Positions 32,150 through 42,261 of a DNA stretch of 59,849 nt are shown here, piece after piece. Location of the stretch: IMG/VR virus record IMGVR_UViG_3300017717_000005, positions 1 through 59,849 of that record; one strand, 5' to 3'. The translations under genes and the position numbers were made by a program. Within the stretch, counting starts at the first letter, position 1. Each line of letters starts with the position of its first letter. The notes under the pieces are model-generated. The model saw nothing but the letters and a program-made list of their open reading frames with translations. It was not told the origin of the DNA and did not search any database. Source of the stretch: a virus.

Positions 32150-35100
32150 TTACCCGTGATTATGCTTAGATTCGCTGACTTTAGCGTTGATCGCGTAAAG
32201 CTCAGACAGAGAAGTATTCGTTGGGGTCTTTACGCATTTGATCTTGCAGTAGTGACCCCTGATTTGATCACCATTAACGGCATTGCTACCAGCGACATAC
32301 AGTACGTCAGCATTGCCCAAGCCATGGCCAGACCCGCTTGCCGTGATTGTCTTTGCTGACCTGTTTACAGCTGAGACCGTAACCCCTGTTGTAGCTGGCA
32401 CAGCACCTGGCGACGCCTTGAAGATAGTATATCCGCTAGGAATGTGTACACCTCGAAGGCTGTTCTGCATTGTGATAGTGCCACCGTCTGTTGACGCTAC
32501 TTTACCCACGGGTATGAAGTGCCTGAAGCTGTTCGCGCTGGTATCTCCAGTTACGTTGGCGTAGTGAGTCCCCTCTTTCTTTGAGAATACGAGGTTGCCT
32601 GTTGTCTGCCCAAGGCTAGACTCAAGCGTTGTTGTCCACTCGTCCTGACCCTCGATGGAGATGGCCTCGTAAGCCTTCACTTTGGATGGATTTGAGTTCG
32701 AGATCACCGTGACCTTTGAGGTAGCTGGAGACGCAGACGTATAGAACAGGTTTGATGACGTGTTGGTGCCGTGTAAATGGATGAACTTTCTTGTACCCGA
32801 CAAGCTGACATAGTCCAGCAACATCATCTTGTTCTTCAATGTCCCGTAGTGCTCAGGTACAAAGGTGTATTCTCCCTGCCACCCCTTGATCCTCGTGTTG
32901 TAAGCGAGTGTGCGACCGTTAGGCAAGTGGGTAGATACTGGATGGAAGGTGATGTAGTAAATGTCGTCTACTGGATCGTATCCAGACACAACCTTTGGGT
33001 TTGTTCCTTTGAGGAAGCTCTCTGATGTGGCTTCAAAAGAACTCTTAATGCCGATGTCTGAGATTGCTTGTATAGCCCCTGGATTAAACTGGACAGCCTT
33101 GTACCTAATCTTGTCGAAGAAGTACCCAACACCGTCGTAAATCAATACGGACTCAGGGTTTGACGTACCCAAAGTTTCGTCAAACCTGTTAAGTAGGTTT
33201 AGCACATTTGTGTTCAATCCAACAAACCCACCACCCTCTGCGCTAGAGAGGATTGACTTATTCACAGAGAGTCTGCTGACTTTGTTCTCTTGAATAGCCA
33301 TCAGCATGTCAGACATGTTGCACAGGTAGCTGCACTTCCCGTCCTCAGAAGGGAGGTCGAGGAAGTTTGCAAGAGACGGAGTGAACTGAGAAAGCGTAAG
33401 CCTTGCACTGTCCTCTGCATAGGCATCGCTGTACGTAATGCTGTTCTGCCTCCGTACAGTAGCTGCGTCTTCGAATACCGTGTGTGCTCTACCCTGGTCC
33501 CACGATGTGGAATCGTAGAGGTCCGTTATAGCTGGATCTTCTAAAAAGACAGTTCTGTAAATCCACGTTGCTGGGTTGATGTTTGCAGGAAACGGCCAAG
33601 ATCCACTGATTCTTGTTGGAATCTTAGTGGCCACTGGCCTAAACCTAACATCTCCAGAGCTTACAGTAAATGCTGGGCCGTGAGACCCAATAGCAGCATC
33701 AATTCTACCACTAACCAGCAAAGGCTTTCTCTCTCCGATCTCATAGTAAACCTTCTCTGCAGTTGGAACCTTGGGTGTAAAGATTTCTACGAGCACACCC
33801 TGACCCCATTGATTGTCTATGGAATTTTGACTTACAGATCCGTTGTAATCAGTTCCAGTAACATGATACCAGTCAAACCCATCGTACTGGTTGATGTCAC
33901 TCGCGCTAGTATTTGCAGCAGTACCCTCTACAGCTGGCGCCGTCAAAACTAAAAACTTACCCTTGTATGGGTTGTTCTCGTCCTCTGCGACAGCAGCTGT
34001 CTGAATCTTAATTGGGGTCTCGTCGATTGTTTCATAACCAACGACATCGAACTCCATCAACTTACTTTGAGATGACGACACGTAAGAAAACCCGTCGTCA
34101 GGGGATGTTCTTTTTGCAAGAATCCTAAGCTTATCACCCTTTGTAAAAGAGTAATCCCTAAGAGATCTCTTGTCTCTCTGGTATTGACTAAGAGTTTCTA
34201 GCGAAACATAAATGTTGTGGACACTGGTGTCTACGTCAAACTTTGTAGCATCATTAACAGATGTTTTTAGACGCCTCGCAAAGCCCCCTCCAACAGCGTA
34301 TTGAAATGAATCGGCAATAGAAGACCCTCCATACACGATCTGATAGCCCGTAGCCCATGATGGCGCGGTTACATTTGTGCTAGACAGGTTGAATTGGATA
34401 GCGGCATTACCTTGCTCATTACTCCCTCTTTCTGGCAGAGCCTTTACATAGATGCTACCCAGCTCATTGACATTGCCAGTCCTCCCGTACTTGTCGTGGT
34501 ACACAATACCGAACTCGTGATTCGCCCCAGCCTTGAATGTGGGTGTAGACCCGACGCTCTCAATGAATAGGAACTCATTAGATGAAGGGTTTGTAATGCT
34601 CGTGTAGTTGATCTCACTCTGAGCGGCACCCGCCTGAGCAAAGACGTTGCCAGAGTTTATCAAGAAAGCAGTAGTGGTGCTAAGGTCTACGAACTTTATG
34701 TTTGTGATCCTAGGCTTAAATCTAATTACGTGATCTCCCCCAGTTGTGCCTGAGGAAGCAACAGTTTCCTCGCCAAACGTGAAGAATACATCGATGAATC
34801 CACCATTTACAGAAAGGCTTCCGCCTCCATTGATGGGTATGGACAGTCCGTTAGCCTGAAACCTCGCCTTAAACTCTCCAAGACTCTCAATCTGGCTTTG
34901 AATAAAATCAGCCAGATTGTCTGTGTTCATGTCATTGGGCAACAGCTTAGCTATTTCTACCGTAGGAGCAGAAACCAGAGTTAAAGCTGTAAAGTCTATA
35001 GCATTCGTAGCCAGGTTGATCTGACCAGTGCCAGGAACCTGTCCACTAAAAGCGATCAAGTTTGTGCTTGCCGCAGTAGCAACGAAATCTGGTGTGTAAG

Positions 35101-36409
35101 TGAAAGACGCACGGAACTGAGTTCCTGCGTCAAACGTCGTTGAGTTACTGATCAAAGAGCCATCTTCCAGGTCTAGATCAATGTTCATGTTAGCGTTTGT
35201 GTTGCCGCTTCCAGACTCAAAGATCGCGGCTATGTCACCAGATGCTAGATGTTGCGTGCTGCCTCCTGGAGTGTTGCCATACACCACGGACATGGTGGCA
35301 TCAGTGTGGATGCTATGATTAGGATACCCTTCTTCATAGTCTCCATACATCAACCTACTCGCGGTAATAGATTGAGCACCTGCCTTCTGAGGTACGTTGT
35401 CGTACAGCTTCTGGGATTCGGAGTCAGGAACCAACTTACCTACACCGTCGTTAAAGAACCTATACTCTCTGGTGCTGGCGTCGTACACCACAGTATTTGT
35501 GGCATTGATGTTTCTTCTCAGATCAACCTTAGGGTCAAACTCATCGACCACAAAGAAAGAACCAGTGTTGCCGCTTCTGGCCAAGATCCTGACCTTCTCC
35601 ATATCTGGGAAGTCATTGTCGATCTGGTGATTGATGAGGCACACGTTCTGCGTGCTTCTAGCGACGCCAAAGTTGGCATCCTCGATGCCTCCGTATACAG
35701 CGGCTTGAGAGATAGCAAGCTTTGAGTACGGGGAGAGTGTTGAGACCTCCCCGTCCTTATAGACAACTTGAGTGGCAAACTGCATGGCATTTTGCTCGAA
35801 ATTGTTGTCTGTTGTATTCGTGTCTGTATCAAACGCAAAGGTGGGTGGCTTCACAGAGGCGCACCTCATAGCGCCCAAAGCTGTGTCGAAGTCGTCAGCA
35901 GTAAACAGATTGTTGTCGTATTCACCGCTAAGGGCTCTGTCTACGTTGATTTTTCTAGGCGGGTTGATGTTGTCCGTGAAGTACAGAACAGTCTGAATGT
36001 TGCCGTCTCTCTGAAACGATTTGTTCAACACATCTGCCTTGACAAAAGACACAGACCCGCTTCTGAAATTGAACCTCGAAGTCTTCAACACCTCTTTGTA
36101 GGTTGTGTCCGACTCGTTGTACTGGTAGATGGCGTCTAAGTTAGAGTCCGATGTCCCCTTAACAAATACATACAAGAAACCTCTCTGGTCATCAGCCACC
36201 TGGCCAATAACTTCTACAGACCCCTGGATGCCATCAGCTGTAGTCTTTGGAGTGGCTGACGTGTTGCCAGCCATGGTTTTGATCACAAAGTCACTGCCCT
36301 CACCCCGCTCGACAATCGTGACGTTCTGCGCCTCGACCATCTCGCCAGGCTTGATAAGCCTCTCGTCTTTGTCAGTAACGAATGTTTTGGGTAGAATTTT
36401 ATCAATCAT
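32150..36409 (-). CDS. large tail structural protein (1419 aa), tail-tube/nozzle-like by position
   Basis: Beta-rich with no TM segments. Contains LYFTDNINPPRKIN, a YWTD-like propeller motif. Follows a 271-aa gp11-like candidate with an ATGA overlap. Confidence 0.45.
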   Translation of the reverse strand: MIDKILPKTFVTDKDERLIKPGEMVEAQNVTIVERGEGSDFVIKTMAGNTSATPKTTADGIQGSVEVIGQVADDQRGFLYVFVKGTSDSNLDAIYQYNESDTTYKEVLKTSRFNFRSGSVSFVKADVLNKSFQRDGNIQTVLYFTDNINPPRKINVDRALSGEYDNNLFTADDFDTALGAMRCASVKPPTFAFDTDTNTTDNNFEQNAMQFATQVVYKDGEVSTLSPYSKLAISQAAVYGGIEDANFGVARSTQNVCLINHQIDNDFPDMEKVRILARSGNTGSFFVVDEFDPKVDLRRNINATNTVVYDASTREYRFFNDGVGKLVPDSESQKLYDNVPQKAGAQSITASRLMYGDYEEGYPNHSIHTDATMSVVYGNTPGGSTQHLASGDIAAIFESGSGNTNANMNIDLDLEDGSLISNSTTFDAGTQFRASFTYTPDFVATAASTNLIAFSGQVPGTGQINLATNAIDFTALTLVSAPTVEIAKLLPNDMNTDNLADFIQSQIESLGEFKARFQANGLSIPINGGGSLSVNGGFIDVFFTFGEETVASSGTTGGDHVIRFKPRITNIKFVDLSTTTAFLINSGNVFAQAGAAQSEINYTSITNPSSNEFLFIESVGSTPTFKAGANHEFGIVYHDKYGRTGNVNELGSIYVKALPERGSNEQGNAAIQFNLSSTNVTAPSWATGYQIVYGGSSIADSFQYAVGGGFARRLKTSVNDATKFDVDTSVHNIYVSLETLSQYQRDKRSLRDYSFTKGDKLRILAKRTSPDDGFSYVSSSQSKLMEFDVVGYETIDETPIKIQTAAVAEDENNPYKGKFLVLTAPAVEGTAANTSASDINQYDGFDWYHVTGTDYNGSVSQNSIDNQWGQGVLVEIFTPKVPTAEKVYYEIGERKPLLVSGRIDAAIGSHGPAFTVSSGDVRFRPVATKIPTRISGSWPFPANINPATWIYRTVFLEDPAITDLYDSTSWDQGRAHTVFEDAATVRRQNSITYSDAYAEDSARLTLSQFTPSLANFLDLPSEDGKCSYLCNMSDMLMAIQENKVSRLSVNKSILSSAEGGGFVGLNTNVLNLLNRFDETLGTSNPESVLIYDGVGYFFDKIRYKAVQFNPGAIQAISDIGIKSSFEATSESFLKGTNPKVVSGYDPVDDIYYITFHPVSTHLPNGRTLAYNTRIKGWQGEYTFVPEHYGTLKNKMMLLDYVSLSGTRKFIHLHGTNTSSNLFYTSASPATSKVTVISNSNPSKVKAYEAISIEGQDEWTTTLESSLGQTTGNLVFSKKEGTHYANVTGDTSANSFRHFIPVGKVASTDGGTITMQNSLRGVHIPSGYTIFKASPGAVPATTGVTVSAVNRSAKTITASGSGHGLGNADVLYVAGSNAVNGDQIRGHYCKIKCVKTPTNTSLSELYAINAKVSESKHNHG

Positions 36410-37221
36410 CCCTTAGGCGCTTGCTTGTAATTCTTTCTGATTGTCTTCAGAGCTTCCTCCTTGGTGAAGGATTTCATACGAGCATTGGCCTTTCTTCTTT
36501 CGTTGTAGTACTCAGCTCTAGCTCTCTGCTTCTCCCCTGCTGGTACAGAGGCCTTTCTCTCGATCAGCTTGTAATACATGTAGGCAATCAAGGCTTCTTC
36601 AGCGTACACGTGGACTTGAGGGTTGGAAGAACGAGCCTCATCAGCCACATACTCCACCACGACCTGAGAGACGTCAGAGTTTGACTTTAGTTCCAGTCTG
36701 TTTTGATCCAGGTTTACCCTAAACTCACCCTGGTACCTGCCTCCACCGTGGCCGTAAAGCTGTCCGTGGTTGTTGCCGTACACGTAGTTGCGGAAGATGT
36801 AGCTTCCAAAGCCATCTCCGCTTGAGCTAGACACGGCGCCAGTGGTGCCGCTCTTGTCGTCCTCTCTATCTAGCAATCCGTCGCCGTCAGCGTCGTATGT
36901 TGTATTGGAAGAGGTAGAGTACTTTTGAGAATAGTTGATGTTCTTGTTCTCACCAAGGACATACACCAGTCCATCGCCTCCAACCACACCGACTTTGCTC
37001 CAATCCACGTAGTCGTCTGGCAGGGTGACGGTGTTATTGCTAGACACGGACAGCTTCAAAGATCTAATGACCTTGAGCATGTCGAACCCAAGCTCTCTCA
37101 GCCCGCGCAGGGCAAAGTTCCTGATGGCAGCATCGCTTGCATGAGACGCATAATCAGCCCCATCGAGGCTGATCATAAAGTCATTGACGATTTGCTTTAG
37201 TGGTACGTAATTCCTAGCCAT
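36406..37221 (-). CDS. putative tail tubular/adaptor protein (271 aa)
   Basis: Assigned from its position between the capsid genes and the 1419-aa protein, plus a loose resemblance in layout to T7 gp11. This assignment is weak. Confidence 0.3.
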   Translation of the reverse strand: MARNYVPLKQIVNDFMISLDGADYASHASDAAIRNFALRGLRELGFDMLKVIRSLKLSVSSNNTVTLPDDYVDWSKVGVVGGDGLVYVLGENKNINYSQKYSTSSNTTYDADGDGLLDREDDKSGTTGAVSSSSGDGFGSYIFRNYVYGNNHGQLYGHGGGRYQGEFRVNLDQNRLELKSNSDVSQVVVEYVADEARSSNPQVHVYAEEALIAYMYYKLIERKASVPAGEKQRARAEYYNERRKANARMKSFTKEEALKTIRKNYKQAPKG

Positions 37222-37973
37222 TAGAAGGAGTGTTCAGATTGTCTTTCTGCTTGCTCCGTAGCAGCAAAGGATGTTACTTGCTGATCCCTAAGGTTCACGC
37301 CAATCAAGCTGGCGATCTCAGCAACAAGCTCCATGGTGTAGTGTTCTGGCAACTCAAAATCTCTGCTGGTAGACGAGTTGTATGTGTCTACGACCCCCGA
37401 AGCCACACCAAACGTAGGTGGGTCATCAGATCGAGTGGTGCCGTTTGTCTGCACACTCTGTGGGATCTTGTAGTACCTGAGCTTGATCTTCTTGATCGTC
37501 TCTGGGAACACTTCAATATCCTGAGTCACCAAAGCCACAGGAAACGATTCTGTCGGCGCATTGAGAGTGCTCGACAGAATGCGTTCAATCTTCTCTTCGT
37601 CGTAGCAGATCTCAGCCACTGTGCGGGTGGTCTGCCCAAACAGCAGACTACCAGCAGTAGAGATGCTAATAAACCTAGCAAAATCATCTGGCCTTAGGAA
37701 TACCCCTTCTGCAGTTTGATCTCTGTCTAGCGACTTAGCGAACACAGCGAGATCCTCATGGATCTGCTTGAACTTAGACTTGTCTCTGCCTTGCCCGAAG
37801 CCTGCTCTATCAAGACGGCTCCCATGCTTCAGGCTATCAAAGAGCCTGTTGAAGATCCTCAGTTGAGCTACTTGAGCAAAGCGGTTAAATTCGTCCACAG
37901 TGACGAAGCCCTGCTGGTCCTTGTTTACCAAGTCCTTTAGGGTGTTGTAGACTACGTTTACACTTGCTGGCAT
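37221..37973 (-). CDS. hypothetical structural protein (250 aa)
   Basis: The ATG at 37973 (MPASVNVVYNTLKD) lies 4 nt after the promoter box. The track's TTG start sits upstream of that box. Confidence 0.5.
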   Translation of the reverse strand: MPASVNVVYNTLKDLVNKDQQGFVTVDEFNRFAQVAQLRIFNRLFDSLKHGSRLDRAGFGQGRDKSKFKQIHEDLAVFAKSLDRDQTAEGVFLRPDDFARFISISTAGSLLFGQTTRTVAEICYDEEKIERILSSTLNAPTESFPVALVTQDIEVFPETIKKIKLRYYKIPQSVQTNGTTRSDDPPTFGVASGVVDTYNSSTSRDFELPEHYTMELVAEIASLIGVNLRDQQVTSFAATEQAERQSEHSF

Positions 37974-37977
37974 ACCG

Positions 37978-37985
37978 CAAATATA
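37978..37985 (-). promoter_or_regulatory. late promoter box TATATTTG(C), 4 nt from the ATG
   Basis: The minus strand reads TATATTTGCGGTATG, directly downstream of a terminator. Confidence 0.55.
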
Positions 37986-37994
37986 CAAAAAGAA

Positions 37995-38018
37995 AAAGCC
38001 CCCTTGAATGGAGGCTTT
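37995..38018 (-). terminator. intrinsic terminator after the 276-aa gene
   Basis: The minus-strand RNA reads aaagccucc-auucaa-gggggcuuu followed by uucuuuuu. The stem has 8 bp with one mismatch. Confidence 0.65.
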
Positions 38019-38040
38019 CTCAGTGTATGGTGTAAGTCTA

Positions 38041-38871
38041 TTAGAGCTGACGTTTGATTTCGTTAAGAACGACTGAACCAGTTTCTGTCATGCACCAGCG
38101 GCCAAAGACCTCCATTGGGTCTTGCCCCACAGGAATGGCCAAGATGTGACCGTTGTTGTCAACCCACTTCATGTGACCAGCATCGTGCTTGATGATGCCT
38201 GACGTCATAGCCTTCTTGATGATTGCTTTAGTTTCAATGACTGGGTTGTCGAACGCCTCAACAAATGCCTTGGGGTTTTTCTTTGCGTACTGAATCAAGT
38301 CATGCTTGATTTCATCAACAGGTCGATCCGTATCCATCGCGTAAGCTGTAGCTACAGTAAGGATTTCTGTCAAAGGCTTCTGACGAATCAAGGCAAGAGC
38401 ATCAATTACCTCATATTCTTGCTTGAGATCCACCGCCGCACTCTTGCTCAAGTCAACCTTCTTGAAGGTAGAGCCTCCATTCGATTGGTTTAGAGGGTGA
38501 AGGTCCATGAACTTCTTCAAATTGGGCTTGTTTCTAGCCACCCAAAGACGACCGTTTTCAAAGATAATTGGCTTCTTCATGGGTTTAGATGTCTGCTCTT
38601 CCATGTAGATGCTGTCTTCTTTTGGGATATATCGAATAGCCCGAATAGAATCCGTCTCTTCATCGTACACAGAAACAGGTCCAGACTTCATAAGAAAGAA
38701 CATTCCGTTAGGAGACGTCAGCTCGTACTCATGATGAGATGGGCCCACTGGTTCATACTCCTTAAAGATCTCTTTCTTCTGCTGCTTTGGTGCAGCGGGT
38801 GCTGCTTGTACGGGCGCAGCTGCCTCTACGGTTTTTTTGGCGGGCCGTCCGCGCTTTGCTGTAGTAGCCAT
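38041..38871 (-). CDS. hypothetical protein (276 aa), basic Ala/Pro-rich N-terminus
   Basis: A long ORF bracketed by its own promoter box and terminator. Confidence 0.55.
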   Translation of the reverse strand: MATTAKRGRPAKKTVEAAAPVQAAPAAPKQQKKEIFKEYEPVGPSHHEYELTSPNGMFFLMKSGPVSVYDEETDSIRAIRYIPKEDSIYMEEQTSKPMKKPIIFENGRLWVARNKPNLKKFMDLHPLNQSNGGSTFKKVDLSKSAAVDLKQEYEVIDALALIRQKPLTEILTVATAYAMDTDRPVDEIKHDLIQYAKKNPKAFVEAFDNPVIETKAIIKKAMTSGIIKHDAGHMKWVDNNGHILAIPVGQDPMEVFGRWCMTETGSVVLNEIKRQL

Positions 38872-38893
38872 TAAAGTAAAATTAGAATTAAAA

Positions 38894-38901
38894 CAAAAGT
38901 A
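38894..38901 (-). promoter_or_regulatory. promoter box TACTTTTG
   Basis: Matches TAnnTTTG, lies 22 nt upstream of the ATG at 38871, and overlaps the terminator T-tract. Confidence 0.4.
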
Positions 38902-38907
38902 GTAAAA

Positions 38908-38932
38908 GAGAGGGGAGCCATTCTCCCCTCTC
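38908..38932 (-). terminator. intrinsic terminator after the MCP and 114-aa genes
   Basis: A perfect 10-bp stem, gagaggggag / ctcccctctc, with a 5-nt loop. On the minus strand it is followed by ttttactactttt. Confidence 0.7.
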
Positions 38933-38947
38933 AGTTACTGATATAGA

Positions 38948-39292
38948 TTACTGTACAACGATATCTTCTGATCCTCCAAGGAAGAACCATTCAGATCCAG
39001 TCCACATAGCGGTGATAAATTCACCCTTGCTATCAAGCAAAACGTCATTAAAGATTGCCTCTCCGCAAGGTGGGCTTGCAAACCTAACTGTGCAAGTTTC
39101 GCTGTTTGTGCCGTCGTGGATAACCATAAGAAGGGTTCCAGGAACAGTGGCGTCACCAACCTCAAGCGTCATAGCGCCAGTGGCTCCAGCCCTAACTCTG
39201 CTAGAAGTTCCGTTCCAAGTTTTTGTTCCAGTTCCGTTCTCATCCTGAACCGCGCCGTCGAGAAAAATAGGGAATACTCTTTCTTGTGCCAT
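38948..39292 (-). CDS. small beta-rich protein (114 aa), possible capsid decoration or head fibre protein
   Basis: The ATG is at 39292 (MAQERVFPIFLDG). It lies directly downstream of the MCP and between two hairpins. Function is assigned by position only. Confidence 0.4.
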   Translation of the reverse strand: MAQERVFPIFLDGAVQDENGTGTKTWNGTSSRVRAGATGAMTLEVGDATVPGTLLMVIHDGTNSETCTVRFASPPCGEAIFNDVLLDSKGEFITAMWTGSEWFFLGGSEDIVVQ

Positions 39293-39315
39293 AATTAAAA
39301 AGATTATGAAGTTTA

Positions 39316-39341
39316 GGAGGGAGCACCGAAGCACCCCCTCC
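39316..39341 (-). terminator. strand-specific hairpin with a UUCG loop downstream of the MCP (attenuator-like)
   Basis: The minus-strand RNA reads ggaggg-ggugc-uucg-gugcu-cccucc. The inner stem needs G-U pairs that can form only in the minus-sense transcript. Confidence 0.45.
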
Positions 39342-39356
39342 GTCTCTTCAGGTTAA

Positions 39357-40775
39357 TTAGGCAGACAAGTTGTTACCCTTCAACACAACGTGCTGGTTTG
39401 CAGCACGCACGCATAGGTTGCACTCTGAACGGTAGTGGAACTTAGCCAAGTCCTCACCGTTGGTAGCGTATCCGAGGACACCACCACCTTCAACCCAGTG
39501 CTCCATCTCTCTGCTGTAGTTGCCTGCAGCCTTGTAGTTCATCTCCAATGATGGGTTAGAACCGCCAGACTTAGGATCAACAACATTGCCCATAGGGATC
39601 AAAGCACCCTGGTAGTCGGTGTGAGCACCAGCGTAGTCAGAGTTCAACAGCTTCCAGTCGTGCTTGTGGAAGGTGTAACCACCACGAGTGAACGACTTAA
39701 AGCCGAGATTCACAGCCATGTTAGCATCGTTGTTGAACGCACCGAACTGACCTGGCAAACCAGCAGTCACCTGAGTGGCGATGCCAGAAGCGAGCAAGTC
39801 GTCCACAGCCAAAGAAGTGCCTCTGTCAGTGTACATAGCGTACTCTGCAGGAGCTCCCTCCTTGTCCAACAAGATCAAGATGCTGTCGAGGTCGTCCATG
39901 GTGTCGAAGTTCTGATCAGCAGCAGCAGAAGAGATAATACCTCTGTTCTCCACAGCCTGGAAGTAACCTTCGGAACCAGTAACCTTAGAAGTTCCAACGT
40001 CAACTGCGCCAGCAACAGGAGCGCCGCCAGAAACTGCGGTTTGACCAAACACGAGCATAGCTTCGCGAGTGTTCATGAACTTTCTACGAGCGTCCATCTC
40101 ACCCTTGAGGTACCACATGTTTTGGCCGTTCACGTTCAACCAACCGATGTTGGTAGCCTGTGATCCGTTCACGTGGAAGGTCTCCTTTGTGATGATGTAT
40201 GGGTTCTTGCGAAGCACCAAGTCCATCTCGAATGGCTTAACTGGCTGACCAGTTCCCTGACCATAAGCGTTACCGATTACAACGCACTCATCACCTGCAG
40301 AAGTGGTGATGTTCGTGGCTGCTGCTCCAGTCATCTGCAAAACAGTAAAAGTGTCAGTGGTTCCAGTTCCAACAGAACCAGTGACAATCAATCTTTGACC
40401 GCCCTTAGTCAAGATAACGTCGTTCTCCTGAACAACATCAGCAGCGGCGTTAGCCCCAGATCCGCTACCCGAGACATAGCCATGACCATCCTTGATGGTT
40501 GCGGTACCGCTATTGATAGTAAGCAGGAGTCTTCTGTTCATACGACCCTCTTCGTACCAGTGAATCTCATCAGCAGTTCCAGCTGACTTCTTTGCACCAG
40601 TCACGTCGAGGAGACCAGTGATACCCTGGTCGCCGAAAGTTTGGATGTACAAGTCGCGCACATCGGGTTTTGTTGGGTCAATCAATGATCCCAACGAGGT
40701 GTAGTTGCCTGGAGTAGCATCGAACAACTTTGGTCCGACGTTAGTGGCTCCAGCATTTTCTTTTCCAAAAGCCAT
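39357..40775 (-). CDS. major capsid protein (472 aa)
   Basis: Immediately follows an acidic scaffold-like gene and is flanked downstream by terminators, as expected for high expression. Its size is typical of HK97-fold podovirus MCPs. No search was run to confirm. Confidence 0.6.
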   Translation of the reverse strand: MAFGKENAGATNVGPKLFDATPGNYTSLGSLIDPTKPDVRDLYIQTFGDQGITGLLDVTGAKKSAGTADEIHWYEEGRMNRRLLLTINSGTATIKDGHGYVSGSGSGANAAADVVQENDVILTKGGQRLIVTGSVGTGTTDTFTVLQMTGAAATNITTSAGDECVVIGNAYGQGTGQPVKPFEMDLVLRKNPYIITKETFHVNGSQATNIGWLNVNGQNMWYLKGEMDARRKFMNTREAMLVFGQTAVSGGAPVAGAVDVGTSKVTGSEGYFQAVENRGIISSAAADQNFDTMDDLDSILILLDKEGAPAEYAMYTDRGTSLAVDDLLASGIATQVTAGLPGQFGAFNNDANMAVNLGFKSFTRGGYTFHKHDWKLLNSDYAGAHTDYQGALIPMGNVVDPKSGGSNPSLEMNYKAAGNYSREMEHWVEGGGVLGYATNGEDLAKFHYRSECNLCVRAANQHVVLKGNNLSA

Positions 40776-40801
40776 AATAGTTTCTTTTTAAGAGTTGTTT
40801 G

Positions 40802-41893
40802 TTAAGAAGTTGAACCAAACCCTCTGTTGAGGCCCAGGGCGTTCCTGAGCTGATCAGCAAGAGGACTTGCTTCGGGTTGTCCAGATCCTTGATTCGGGCT
40901 ACTGGCATTTACGTTAGCCGCCTGATTCACAATGCCTCTTTGACCGTCAGCCATGCCCTGCTTATATACAGATTGCACGATGCTTTCCATGTTGTCAATG
41001 ACAGCTCTGTGAACATTCAACTTGTCGTAATCCCAGTTCCCATCCTCCTGAACGTAAGGATCGAAGAACTCGTCAAGGCGAGAGTTCTTCTCCACCAGCT
41101 CTCCGCGATACCTGTCATTCAATCCGAAAGTGAATGAACGCCCGTTTCCAAGGTCAAATTCAACCCCGTCGAGGTTCTCAGTTTCTGACTGCATGGCACT
41201 GTACCACTGATCGTCAAATGGAGACTCAATCTCTTCGCTCTGCTGCACTTCTGGAGCCTGATACTTCTGACGAAGCTCGTTGATTCCATTACGCGCCTGC
41301 GTAGCGTCCATCTTGAGTTGCAACTGCGAGAGTTTCACCTCATCCTCTGTGTGCAGATTCGGGTCGAGCTTGTACTTGCTGCCAAGCAGCATTTGGATCT
41401 CCTCTACATTCAGGTCGGGGTAATCACGAGCCATTTGAAATTTGATGGCCGTAGTGTCATCCATGTTTTCTGGATTCAACTGCTGATACACAAACCAGTC
41501 TTGAGGAGATCGTCCTGTCTCTTCGACAAACTCAGCAATCACTGAAAGTCGTTCGTCAAGCTCTCTCTCTTGTTGCTCCTGCGGAGTAAGCGCGTCGAAA
41601 GAAGTAAGCTCTCTACCCAGTCTATCACTCAGGTAATTTAGTACTTCTGCCTCCAGCTCGTCCGTAGGATTATCTTGTAAGTCTACTCTGTAGTTTTCTT
41701 CGTAACCTGACGTTTCAGGCTCGGTTTGTTCTTGAGGCTGTTCTGTAGCGGGTTGCTCAATAGTTTGCGGTTCAGGTGTTTGTTCCTGAACCTGCTCTTG
41801 TTGCGCTTGCTCTACAGTAGCGTCGTCGATAAAAGAAATTCCAGAGGTCTCTTCTACTTGAGCCTCTGGAGTCATTGGTTCTTGATTCTCCAT
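40802..41893 (-). CDS. scaffolding protein (363 aa)
   Basis: Very acidic, with a Gln/Glu/Pro-rich N-terminus (QEQVQEQTPEPQTIEQPATEQPQEQTEPE) and a helical composition. Lies directly upstream of the MCP. Confidence 0.5.
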   Translation of the reverse strand: MENQEPMTPEAQVEETSGISFIDDATVEQAQQEQVQEQTPEPQTIEQPATEQPQEQTEPETSGYEENYRVDLQDNPTDELEAEVLNYLSDRLGRELTSFDALTPQEQQERELDERLSVIAEFVEETGRSPQDWFVYQQLNPENMDDTTAIKFQMARDYPDLNVEEIQMLLGSKYKLDPNLHTEDEVKLSQLQLKMDATQARNGINELRQKYQAPEVQQSEEIESPFDDQWYSAMQSETENLDGVEFDLGNGRSFTFGLNDRYRGELVEKNSRLDEFFDPYVQEDGNWDYDKLNVHRAVIDNMESIVQSVYKQGMADGQRGIVNQAANVNASSPNQGSGQPEASPLADQLRNALGLNRGFGSTS

Positions 41894-41916
41894 AAATTAA
41901 ATTTTGATTTCTATTC

Positions 41917-42231
41917 TTAGACACCTACGTAAGCGATCACTGAGCCGCTTGTCAGGCTGAGTGATGTCCACTTACCGTAGATGGTGACTCCGCGAGGAAA
42001 CACTTGAGTGTTGCCTAGTGTCTCACCATCAGAGCCAGCTCCTCCTGCAACCGTGTTGAAAGATTGAGCTGAGTCCTTCGCAACCAATGCGGTGAACTGA
42101 GTCTCTTCCAACATGGTGATTGCCGTGATGAGCTTGTTTGTTGGCGGCGTGATGGTAGTCGCAGCAGTCTTGAGGTACATAGACCCAAACTGGCCGAACG
42201 TCATCGCGTCGATTGATCCTGGATATGGCAT
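41917..42231 (-). CDS. hypothetical small beta-rich structural protein (104 aa)
   Basis: The first gene after the promoter box at 42246. Confidence 0.5.
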   Translation of the reverse strand: MPYPGSIDAMTFGQFGSMYLKTAATTITPPTNKLITAITMLEETQFTALVAKDSAQSFNTVAGGAGSDGETLGNTQVFPRGVTIYGKWTSLSLTSGSVIAYVGV

Positions 42232-42245
42232 TACTTTGTTTTTTG

Positions 42246-42253
42246 CAAATATA
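42246..42253 (-). promoter_or_regulatory. late promoter box TATATTTG(C) for the scaffold/MCP operon
   Basis: The + strand reads gcaaatata. It lies 14 nt upstream of the ATG at 42231. Confidence 0.5.
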
Positions 42254-42261
42254 GAACTTAT

